Positions 41,873 through 49,619 of a DNA stretch of 64,000 bases are shown one piece after another. This stretch comes from a virus, in the IMG/VR virus record IMGVR_UViG_3300045988_159775; one strand, written 5' to 3'. The notes beneath the pieces are model-generated. The model was not told where the DNA came from, did no database searches, and saw nothing but the letters and a program-made list of their open reading frames with translations. Position 1 is the stretch's first letter, and each line of letters opens with the position of its first letter. The position numbers and the translations under genes are program-made.

Positions 41873-43077
41873 AACTTTCCAAGATAATCATGTTTCATTG
41901 GAATAGTTAACCTTGATGCAAAGAAATTCTTAGCTAATATTGCCATATCCCAATCGTGCGCACCCTCCGCTTCCATGAGCTCTATTTCAGATATAGCCGT
42001 TTTCCTAATAGCATCCTTTTCTTCTACCGACTTGCAAACCTTGTTTTTTTGCTTGTATTTAACGTAAATACTTAATAGCCGATATACGTTATGGAAGAAG
42101 TGAGAAAACTCTTGTAATTGCTTTATTTCATCTTTGTTTACTTCTCCACCTCGTTGATCTTCCAAAAGGTTACGGATAATTAAATCAAAGTAATAGTTTA
42201 TTTCTATGAACTTATTTGTCGGAACGTCATGAGAAAAATTGAAGTCCATAGGTTTTTCCTCCGCTGGAGTAGATTCGTAAAGAGAGTGGCCACCGCCTTG
42301 TTTTTCAAATTCTTCGTCCATTTCATCCGCCGTACCATTCCAATTGTAAATATGAAGACTTTGAGAATTATGAGTTTGAGTCCCCAACTCTATTCCCAAA
42401 CAAGAAGCTATAACTTCAGATAAGAAACTGAATTGGAATACGTTCGTTGGAAGTCCCCAATGCAAGTCGTTACTCCGATTAGCTATTGTAGTTATTAGTT
42501 TTCCGTTTCTAATTTTGAACATAACTAAATCATTGCACGGTATATCACGCGATTTACTCCCTAAATCTAAAACAGGATTCCAAATCGACATAACGACTTG
42601 ACGACTATTAGGATTACCATATAAAATCCTAATAGCTTCCAAAACTTGATCAAAACCTCTTTGAACTGAAACGTTTGAAGAAAATGGATCATCGGAACGA
42701 GAACCCCAATGACGTAAACGAAAACCGTATGGCGCATGAAATACAATTCCATCATCGCTAAAGTCTTTCATACGAGAATTAAAGATATTCAAGAATTCAA
42801 CGTCACTTCTTCCGCTTACTATCCAAATCGCTTCGGCAAGAAGAAAGAATACATTAATATCTCTACCATAACCTCCTGTGCAACGCTTGTAAGGATTCGT
42901 TATAATAGTTTTGACATCCAGTAGTTCTTTTACTTCCCCGTTCCGGCTTTCTTCTAAATCCTTATTGTTAAGAATGTAATTGTTAATAACCGGGTAAATA
43001 ATCCCAAAATTCTCCGCTTTTGCTACACCATAATCTGGTATGAAACAATTAGTTTTAGGTAAAATATTATCTTTCAT
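41869..43077 (-). CDS. divergent thymidylate-synthase-family (ThyA-fold) pyrimidine C5 transferase, 402 aa
   Basis: SRQVVMSIWNP...DIPCNDLVMFKIRNGKLITTIANRSNDLHWGLPTNVFQFSFL...SLHIY aligns with ThyA SRRIIVSAWN...[38 protein letters not shown]...THLY. The catalytic Cys, the Arg-Ser pair and the uracil-specifying Asn are kept; PCH is replaced by PCN and GDTH by QSLH; the protein has extra N- and C-terminal extensions. Confidence 0.7.
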   Translation of the reverse strand: MKDNILPKTNCFIPDYGVAKAENFGIIYPVINNYILNNKDLEESRNGEVKELLDVKTIITNPYKRCTGGYGRDINVFFLLAEAIWIVSGRSDVEFLNIFNSRMKDFSDDGIVFHAPYGFRLRHWGSRSDDPFSSNVSVQRGFDQVLEAIRILYGNPNSRQVVMSIWNPVLDLGSKSRDIPCNDLVMFKIRNGKLITTIANRSNDLHWGLPTNVFQFSFLSEVIASCLGIELGTQTHNSQSLHIYNWNGTADEMDEEFEKQGGGHSLYESTPAEEKPMDFNFSHDVPTNKFIEINYYFDLIIRNLLEDQRGGEVNKDEIKQLQEFSHFFHNVYRLLSIYVKYKQKNKVCKSVEEKDAIRKTAISEIELMEAEGAHDWDMAILAKNFFASRLTIPMKHDYLGKL

Positions 43078-43116
43078 TTTCTAATTTATTTTCTTTACTT
43101 TATAACTTTGAGAGAG

Positions 43117-43154
43117 AATAAAAAAGAGTCACCGTTTCTCAACGACAACTCTTC
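43117..43154 (-). terminator. Rho-independent terminator candidate
   Basis: Stem AAGAGT / ACTCTT (43124-43129, 43148-43153) with an inner CGTT/AACG pairing, followed on the minus strand by TTTTTATTCTC. Confidence 0.45.
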
Positions 43155-43277
43155 ATTCGGTAAAATATGAATAAGAATGTATGATTTCAAAAAGGGAGAT
43201 AGCGGCAAGGTTTCGATTGGGGGATGTTTTGCAGCACGTTATGAGTTATGAATTTGAAATCTTGCCGCTTTTCTCTC

Positions 43278-44522
43278 TTATTTCTTAACTGTTTTCTTTA
43301 TGACCTTGCTTTTCTTAACAGGCTTTGGCGCTTCTTCCTCTTCTTCATCGTCCTCATCTTCTTCCGGCTCTACGACTTTCTTGGCAACGGGCTTTTTGGC
43401 GGTTTTCTCTTTCTTCAAGTTATCCTCCATTTTCTTGCGGTTGTCACCCAATTTTTTGTCTACCGTCTTAACCATACGTTCCATATCCGGAAGTAATGTT
43501 TCAATGATCTCGATCAATTCTGAGCTTTCTACGCTCTTCAACATTGGAGCACCTGACCAACATTTTTCGAATTCAATTTCGGCTTTTTCCAAAATCTCGT
43601 CCTTACCGTTGAACAACAAAAGATAAACGTTGCACGTCATAACGGCTTTTTTACCCTCGCCTTTTACAAAGCAATTTTCAACCCCAATAATGCTACGATT
43701 AGAATTTTTGCCTTTGTACTTGATAGTAAGACCAGCGGCAATCCATGCGTACAAATATTCACTTTCTGGGAAGTACTTCTTCAGAAAATCGAACGCTGCG
43801 CGATCTTCTTCATTGTTCTTAGGATTTAAACGCGTTCCTTTTTTGGTAGCTGCTTTTTCTGCTGGTTTAGCAGCAGTTTTCTTTGCTTCCTTAACTTCTT
43901 TCTTCGCTACTTCCTTTTTTGCTGTAGCTGCTTTGGAAGCCTTTTTAGGTGCGGGTTTTTCTTCTTCCTCTTCATCATCTTCCTCCTCCGGCTCAAGGAG
44001 AGCATTGATAGCATCGCGAATATCATCGTCAGACCAAGATTTTTTAACTGATATCTCCAAACCTTTTTCCTTGATGTATGCTTTCAATTCCTCACGACTC
44101 ATATCTTCCAAAGAAACGTTTTCATCTTCATCCTCCGGTTCTTCCTCTTCTTCATCGTCCTCATCTTCTTCCGGCTCTACGACTTTCTTGGTCGCTTTCT
44201 TTACCTTTGGCGCTTCTTTCTTAGCAGGCTTTTCGGCTTTCTTCTTTGACGCTTTATCTTCTTCCTCTACTTCCTCCGCCAGTTCGTCTGCTTCGGCTTC
44301 CTCATCAATATCATCGTTTTCATCTTCGTCATCTGACGTTGTGTCATTAACAAAAGTTTCAGCAATTTCCACGATAGTAATCAGTTCCTCATCATCCATC
44401 TGTTCAATTCCGTTCTCTTCAAGGATTTCCAGAAGTTTCGGTTTAACCGCTTCTTCAGTTGAACCTGAAATTCCTAAAGCCTTAACACGCTTTGCTAAAG
44501 CGCCAGTCAATTTTGTTGCCAT
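43278..44522 (-). CDS. polyampholyte protein with HeH/Rho_N-like motif (paralogous modules shared with 34507..35820)
   Basis: The preferred start is MATKLTGALAKR at 44522; the upstream ATG at 44615 lies inside the preceding gene. It carries KKVVEPEEDEDDEEEEE twice, EEEEKPAPKK, and MSREELKAYIKEKGLEISVKKSWSDDDIRDAINAL. Confidence 0.55.
   Translation of the reverse strand: MATKLTGALAKRVKALGISGSTEEAVKPKLLEILEENGIEQMDDEELITIVEIAETFVNDTTSDDEDENDDIDEEAEADELAEEVEEEDKASKKKAEKPAKKEAPKVKKATKKVVEPEEDEDDEEEEEPEDEDENVSLEDMSREELKAYIKEKGLEISVKKSWSDDDIRDAINALLEPEEEDDEEEEEKPAPKKASKAATAKKEVAKKEVKEAKKTAAKPAEKAATKKGTRLNPKNNEEDRAAFDFLKKYFPESEYLYAWIAAGLTIKYKGKNSNRSIIGVENCFVKGEGKKAVMTCNVYLLLFNGKDEILEKAEIEFEKCWSGAPMLKSVESSELIEIIETLLPDMERMVKTVDKKLGDNRKKMEDNLKKEKTAKKPVAKKVVEPEEDEDDEEEEEAPKPVKKSKVIKKTVKK
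43332..43384. repeat. 53-nt exact repeat, copy a (partner 44139-44191)
   Basis: ttcttcctcttcttcatcgtcctcatcttcttccggctctacgactttcttgg is identical at both sites in the same gene. A one-mismatch 38-nt relative lies at about 34857-34895 in the other polyampholyte gene. Confidence 0.9.
44139..44191. repeat. 53-nt exact repeat, copy b (partner 43332-43384)
   Basis: Same 53-mer as 43332-43384; encodes KKVVEPEEDEDDEEEEE on the minus strand. Confidence 0.9.
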
Positions 44523-44550
44523 TGTTTTTACAATTTTAGTTAATAATTTT

Positions 44551-45195
44551 TTATTCGTTCTCTGAATTGTTATATCTTGAGAATACTCTCCTTTTTTGCT
44601 GAAGTTCGTTACCATATTTTCTGATAAGGAATTCTTTTTGCATTTCTATTATATCTGTAACGCCAAAAGGTTCATCCCCACTTGCTATAATTTCACGTTT
44701 CTTTTTCTTTTCCTCAGCATTGTTAAAATAAACTTTGGTAAGAAATGCTATACTATGACCTCGCAAATAAAGAGAAAATACTGAACGTTCCTTGCCGGTT
44801 AATCCCTCCAATAGATCAATATCATTAACAATGAATTTATTTTGCTCATTTGATATTTTACAATCTTCCTCTATACCGAAATCGTAATCTATTTCATCAA
44901 TGCGAATTTTATTATTTTCACGCGTTATGAGTTTCATAAAATCACGCATTTTATTGCTACACGCTGCTTCCAAATAATATCTTATCGGAACGGGTTTTGC
45001 ATATCCCTCTTTCCTGTACTTCGCCCATCTTCTGCCGTAGCTTTTAATGGAAAGGAAGATTTTTATACGGAATTCTTGTACCAAATCCTCGTACTCGAAC
45101 GAGAGTTGTTCGAATGAATAGATACGAGAAGCATATTTTTTTGCTAAATACTCGTATCTATTGTAAATTTTCTCAGATACTTTCATAGTATACAA
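44551..45195 (-). CDS. sigma-70-like transcription factor (divergent)
   Basis: Has a region-2-like YEDLVQEFRIKIFLSIKSYGRRW ... RYYLEAACSNKMRDFMKLI and a region-4-like LTGKERSVFSLYLRGHSIAFLTKVY. Confidence 0.45.
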   Translation of the reverse strand: MYTMKVSEKIYNRYEYLAKKYASRIYSFEQLSFEYEDLVQEFRIKIFLSIKSYGRRWAKYRKEGYAKPVPIRYYLEAACSNKMRDFMKLITRENNKIRIDEIDYDFGIEEDCKISNEQNKFIVNDIDLLEGLTGKERSVFSLYLRGHSIAFLTKVYFNNAEEKKKKREIIASGDEPFGVTDIIEMQKEFLIRKYGNELQQKRRVFSRYNNSENE

Positions 45196-45374
45196 ATATC
45201 CGCTTTCTTAATATTTAACTCAGCACGGCGGCGAAGAACTTCTTTCAAATCTTTGTGTGCAAAAAGAATAGCGCCGTCAGACTTTCTCACCAGTTGATAG
45301 TAGAAGTTTTCTTCACCATTTGGTCGATCATAGATATAATCTATATAATACGGAGTAGGGATGTTTGTTGCCAT
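45183..45374 (-). CDS. hypothetical protein
   Basis: 63-codon frame, first gene after promoter cassette copy 3. Confidence 0.45.
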   Translation of the reverse strand: MATNIPTPYYIDYIYDRPNGEENFYYQLVRKSDGAILFAHKDLKEVLRRRAELNIKKADICIL

Positions 45375-45419
45375 GATCTTTTCAAATTAGTTTTACAATT
45401 TGTTTTTCGATTATGAGTA

Positions 45420-45450
45420 CAAAGGTAAGGGTTTTGTAGATACCGACAAA
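45420..45450 (-). promoter_or_regulatory. Bacteroidota-type promoter (cassette copy 3)
   Basis: Minus strand reads TTTG (45447-45450), a 19-nt spacer, then TACCTTTG (45420-45427). Confidence 0.6.
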
Positions 45451-45737
45451 ATTTTTCTTGGTAAATTTTCGTTTTTACCAAAGAATTTAACTTTTGTTAA
45501 AAGAAAAGGACTACTTTCCCAAGCAATCCTTAACATAAAACTAATCATCCTAAATTCTAAAGTAGCAGAATATGATATATTTACATCTTTACAGAAGATG
45601 TAAGCGAACAGATATATGATTCCGATACTTTAGGAAAAGAGCGTCTTGTTTAAAATAGAGCATTTGTTCTGGTAAAACAAATCTTGGTTCTCTTATTGTC
45701 TAACAAAATTAACTCCTCTTAAAATATAAACTTTGTA

Positions 45738-45774
45738 TAAAAAATACCCCAGATATTTGTAGTATCCGGGGTAT
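45738..45774 (-). terminator. Rho-independent terminator
   Basis: 12-bp stem with one mismatch, ATACCCCaGATA / TATCcGGGGTAT (45744-45755, 45763-45774), followed on the minus strand by TTTTTTATAC. Confidence 0.7.
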
Positions 45775-46071
45775 GAAAAATGATACAAATACATTAAAGT
45801 AAGTTACTGAATACCTTAAAGTTTAACACTATAAATTTGTAATCATTCAAAAGAATATATATTAACTCAAGTCCTTTCCCTTAATAAAAGGAACATTTTC
45901 AAAAACATTCCTTTTCGATTCTTTTTGCTATACATCTCTATGCAATAGCAAGTCAGGTGTTTACATCTCTGTCTATACTTTAAAAAACGTGAAAATTCAT
46001 AAAATATGAGGGAATTATATACTTTATAACCTATAATTCATAATTGAGTAACCTTGGGAATTTTCTTGAGG

Positions 46072-46257
46072 TTATTTTATGCACTCTTCATGAGCGTAAT
46101 AAATAGAATGAATTATATTCTCAGCTACTTCCTTTGAATAACCATTATTGCGTTTGCTATATTCGCATAAAACGTCTGCACTATCAAATGGCTTATTTAG
46201 TTCTCGTGCTATATTATGCAATTCTGAGAGAACTTGTTTAACTTCTTCTGATTTCAT
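46072..46257 (-). CDS. hypothetical protein
   Basis: 61-codon frame; no motif recognised. Confidence 0.4.
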   Translation of the reverse strand: MKSEEVKQVLSELHNIARELNKPFDSADVLCEYSKRNNGYSKEVAENIIHSIYYAHEECIK

Positions 46258-46282
46258 AACATCTTATTTTTCAATCTTTCTT

Positions 46283-46717
46283 TTAAAGTATTCTTATCGT
46301 ATCCTCCGGTTTTACTTCTTCATACCTTTGTAATTTCAAAGAATACAAAGTTAAATTTCCGTCCTCTTTCACTTGGTCCAAAGTCCAAATTTCTCCCATA
46401 TATGAAAATTCGCTACCTACGGAATAGTAATTTTGTTTATCAAACATATTTAGCTCAAAAATAGGATGACCGTCATCGCTGAAAAGTTCCGCTTTAATAC
46501 TTTTCATAGTACGCTTATCGCTGAAAATACTCTTCAAACGGTTTCTTTTAGCAATTTTAACAATCTTCTCCTTTTTATAGCCCATTAATTTTTCATAGTA
46601 CGCTTTATCCTTTGGGCTGTAATATATCTTGCGCCTGAACTCTGCCAATAAGTATTCTTTCTGCAATTGCAGAAAATACTCAGCAACGGACAAGTTTCTT
46701 GTTTTTACAGTTTCCAT
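46283..46717 (-). CDS. hypothetical protein
   Basis: 144-codon frame directly downstream of the primase gene. Confidence 0.5.
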   Translation of the reverse strand: METVKTRNLSVAEYFLQLQKEYLLAEFRRKIYYSPKDKAYYEKLMGYKKEKIVKIAKRNRLKSIFSDKRTMKSIKAELFSDDGHPIFELNMFDKQNYYSVGSEFSYMGEIWTLDQVKEDGNLTLYSLKLQRYEEVKPEDTIRIL

Positions 46718-46719
46718 CT

Positions 46720-47685
46720 CTATTTTAGTTTTCCGATTATATCTACATTAAATTCTCTTGGTTTTCGAAGAACGCTGAAAACTTCGTAGGCTTCGCTTTT
46801 AGAGCATTCATCAATATCTTTTTTAGTTGTAAATGTAATAGTTGTATTGAAATACTCTTCCAACTCCAAACCGTACTTCTTTATCTCTTTCAAAGCGTCA
46901 TAATCATACAAAAGTATAACGCTTTCAATTCCCTTTATTATCAATTTTTGTCTTTGCTCCGGGCTTATCTTTTTACCGAACGTACAAACGCATTTCACAA
47001 AAGGTTCTTCCCAAAGTTTCAAAAACTTATCAACAGCGATCTTATCAAATATTCCCTCAACGAGAATAACCGTGCGCGTGGAGTCCTTTTCAATTTCGTC
47101 ATATCCAAACAATAACTGACCGAAATTCGTATCCGGGGAATTATTATAACGTAGTCGATCTGCGGGAACTTTCTTTGCTCCGTATCGCCCTAAAAACCCC
47201 CGAATTTTTCCTCCATCGTAAATTGGTACTATTACGTAATTTTGAAATTTACGTACTAAATCCGTTGCACCTATTTTGTAACGCACGCAATCCTCCGGTG
47301 TTATACGGCGGTTAAGAAGATACGGAGTACTATTGCGGCTGACTTTCCAACCCAATGGTAGTTTCTTTTCCGGCAATTCCTCTAAACGCACTTCATCTTC
47401 TTCTGAACGCTCTTCCAGAATTTCCTTTATGCTTACTATCTTTTCCCTTTCTTCAATCGTAGCACCACCCAAAAGATAAGTTCTATTGAGACGTTTAAGA
47501 AGTTTGTATATACCACCAGATTCTCCACAACGTTTACAATCCCATTGCTGAGTCTCCTTGGAGATATAAAAGTGAGCTTCTTTATTACAAAAGGGACACG
47601 TACAAATGTATTGTCCCCTCCGATTAAGTTTTGGGTTGATTAATAGCTCGCGTAAATCCGAATCGTCAATCTTCATCTTTCTCAT
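46720..47685 (-). CDS. dnaG: DnaG-like primase (zinc ribbon plus TOPRIM)
   Basis: Zinc ribbon CTCPFCNKEAHFYISKETQQWDCKRCGESG, TOPRIM Glu in VILVEGIFDKIAV and the DxD in ILLYDYDAL are present. Confidence 0.75.
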   Translation of the reverse strand: MRKMKIDDSDLRELLINPKLNRRGQYICTCPFCNKEAHFYISKETQQWDCKRCGESGGIYKLLKRLNRTYLLGGATIEEREKIVSIKEILEERSEEDEVRLEELPEKKLPLGWKVSRNSTPYLLNRRITPEDCVRYKIGATDLVRKFQNYVIVPIYDGGKIRGFLGRYGAKKVPADRLRYNNSPDTNFGQLLFGYDEIEKDSTRTVILVEGIFDKIAVDKFLKLWEEPFVKCVCTFGKKISPEQRQKLIIKGIESVILLYDYDALKEIKKYGLELEEYFNTTITFTTKKDIDECSKSEAYEVFSVLRKPREFNVDIIGKLK

Positions 47686-49033
47686 CCCAATCCATATTTA
47701 GCGTCCGCACACGATCGTAAAAACGAGAATAAGCAAAATTATTTGCTATGTGAATTGGATCACCTCTCTTGTAATCACGAAGTTTATCTGTGTGTAATCT
47801 CATAATTTCGTCTTTCATTTCATCACGCGTCTGATTAATGGTTATAAAGACGTCAAAAGGACGAATCTTGCCCTTATCCTCACTTAATTGAGCACGCGTT
47901 ATTACGAACTCTGGGTCATTTCTCTTTTCCTCGTCTATGCTACTACTTTGCGTTGCCGTATGTACCACGGCATTGAATTCCATAGCAAGAGTTTTCATAC
48001 CCTTAGCCAATTTAGCCTGTCGGAAACGTTCCTCACTGGGACTGTAACGGATTCCATCGCCTACCTCAACCAATTCTAAATAGTCGATCACTATCACGTC
48101 TACCTTACCATATATTTTCTCAATCTCCTTTAGTTCCCTACGAATATCATTCAAAGACTTACCACCCCATTCTTCCTCAGAGATTACGATAATATCAGAT
48201 TTATGGAGTTTCTTCACAATACGTTTCGTAACCTCCATTTTCTTATCCGGAATATTACCAAGTTTGACGTCTTGGTAAAGTGTACCTGTCCAAGCGGCAT
48301 CGTAACGGTTTAAGCATTGCTCCTTTGTACCCTCTAACTGAAAATGAGCCGTCCGGTGCCCTTGACGCGCGGCGGCTATTCCCATAGCCGTTAAACATTG
48401 ACTCTTTCCCGCACCGGAATCACCCAACCAAAGAACGCATTCACCCGTTTCTGGTCCACCGAATTCTCCCCCCAAACGGTAATCAAGTTCATCAATGCCC
48501 GTGGGGATTTTAAAACGTTTTTGGTAATCCTCGCTCTTGCGCCGGGCTTGACGTGCAGCGAAGTCTCCAAAGACAGTCTCAAAATGAGGTTCCATAATAG
48601 AGAATTTAGCAAATTCCTCCGCATATTTTACAAACGTATCATACGCCTTATCCTTTTCCCCTCTATTGTATATATCGGCTATCTTATCATTAACCTCCAA
48701 GAACTTCATCTTTTTTATGAAATTCTCAAAAGTATTCATAAGACTCGTTTCAAATCCCTCGTCATCCTCAAATTCTACTTCGTTGATCTCTGCGATTAAG
48801 TCTAAGACTTTTCCAGACTCAGAGAACTGCTGTTGCATTTGACCTATCGTGGGTATTCTTCCGCGTTTATCAAATTCCTTAGTAGCCCATTGCCATAGTT
48901 GTTTTTCGGCTTCCGTCTGAAGAAAAGAGAACTTAAGATATTGACGTACGGTATCGAAGATCGTGCGTTTGTGAAAAGATGCCGCAAAAAGTTCTTTTAT
49001 ATAGTTACTCGTTAAATTATTGTTTCTTGCCAT
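47666..49033 (-). CDS. dnaB: DnaB-family replicative helicase
   Basis: RecA-fold C-terminal domain with Walker A LWLGDSGAGKSQCL and Walker B VIVIDYLELV, plus a helical N-terminal domain; overlaps the primase gene start. Confidence 0.8.
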   Translation of the reverse strand: MARNNNLTSNYIKELFAASFHKRTIFDTVRQYLKFSFLQTEAEKQLWQWATKEFDKRGRIPTIGQMQQQFSESGKVLDLIAEINEVEFEDDEGFETSLMNTFENFIKKMKFLEVNDKIADIYNRGEKDKAYDTFVKYAEEFAKFSIMEPHFETVFGDFAARQARRKSEDYQKRFKIPTGIDELDYRLGGEFGGPETGECVLWLGDSGAGKSQCLTAMGIAAARQGHRTAHFQLEGTKEQCLNRYDAAWTGTLYQDVKLGNIPDKKMEVTKRIVKKLHKSDIIVISEEEWGGKSLNDIRRELKEIEKIYGKVDVIVIDYLELVEVGDGIRYSPSEERFRQAKLAKGMKTLAMEFNAVVHTATQSSSIDEEKRNDPEFVITRAQLSEDKGKIRPFDVFITINQTRDEMKDEIMRLHTDKLRDYKRGDPIHIANNFAYSRFYDRVRTLNMDWDEKDED

Positions 49034-49619
49034 ATCCGCGTTTTACGTACACTTTCGGGTAAACTTCCGAAAGCATCGTTTTACATTCATTTTTAAAATC
49101 ACATCGCGTACAAAGAGAACTACGGTGATGATAAAGAGTAGTATTTGCTACGCACCAAGATAGTCCACGTTTCGTATTGAAATACTCCTTTTTAGCGTTC
49201 TCTTCAACGGGACGTAGTACGTTAATTAACTCTGAAATACGGGACGAAATACGAACCTGTGGACGAAGAATCCCCAACTTTTTTACATGACCGCGTACAA
49301 TACGTGCGTTGAACTCCGGATCAAACTTTCTCCAACGTTCAATAGCCTTTTTACCAAACATCCATTGGAATCTAACGGAACGTGAATAATCACGGTCACT
49401 TCCCGTATTAAACCAAGACTGAAATTGATAATTCAAAAACGTCCGGATGAATTCCTCTCCAACCGAACGTCCGTCAAACTGAGTAAGGAAATACTCAAAG
49501 GCTTCCGTATCCGCATCATTGCACTTATATCCCACCACCCTCCGTTTAGTTATTGAAGACAGCATATCAATGAACATGTCTACCGCCATGCGGTAAAGCC
49601 GGGATTCTCTTCTATTCAT
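49017..49619 (-). CDS. hypothetical protein (positional candidate for helicase-associated factor)
   Basis: 200-codon frame between two helicase genes, with a C-terminal Cys cluster CVANTTLYHHRSSLCTRCDFKNEC. Confidence 0.5.
   Translation of the reverse strand: MNRRESRLYRMAVDMFIDMLSSITKRRVVGYKCNDADTEAFEYFLTQFDGRSVGEEFIRTFLNYQFQSWFNTGSDRDYSRSVRFQWMFGKKAIERWRKFDPEFNARIVRGHVKKLGILRPQVRISSRISELINVLRPVEENAKKEYFNTKRGLSWCVANTTLYHHRSSLCTRCDFKNECKTMLSEVYPKVYVKRGYGKKQ

Noticed and set aside
43201-43270. 9-bp inverted repeat AGCGGCAAG / CTTGCCGCT with a 52-nt loop just downstream of gene 43278..44522, considered as a structured ncRNA
   Set aside because: I saw only a single stem, with no internal structure. 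The nearby hairpin at 43124-43153 already explains termination. It is worth a fold and covariation check but is too weak to report as a finding.
3142-45533. CRISPR array or other short-spacer repeat array formed by the repeated intergenic cassettes
   Set aside because: The copies are 80-160 nt long and are separated by 5-20 kb of genes, not by short unique spacers. They also carry promoter and terminator features.
45534-46071. tRNA genes in the larger non-coding gaps (2928-3340, 5308-5560, 45534-46071, 51441-51816)
   Set aside because: I could find no GTTCRANNC-type T-loop with matching acceptor and anticodon stems by eye. A tRNAscan-SE run would be the proper check.
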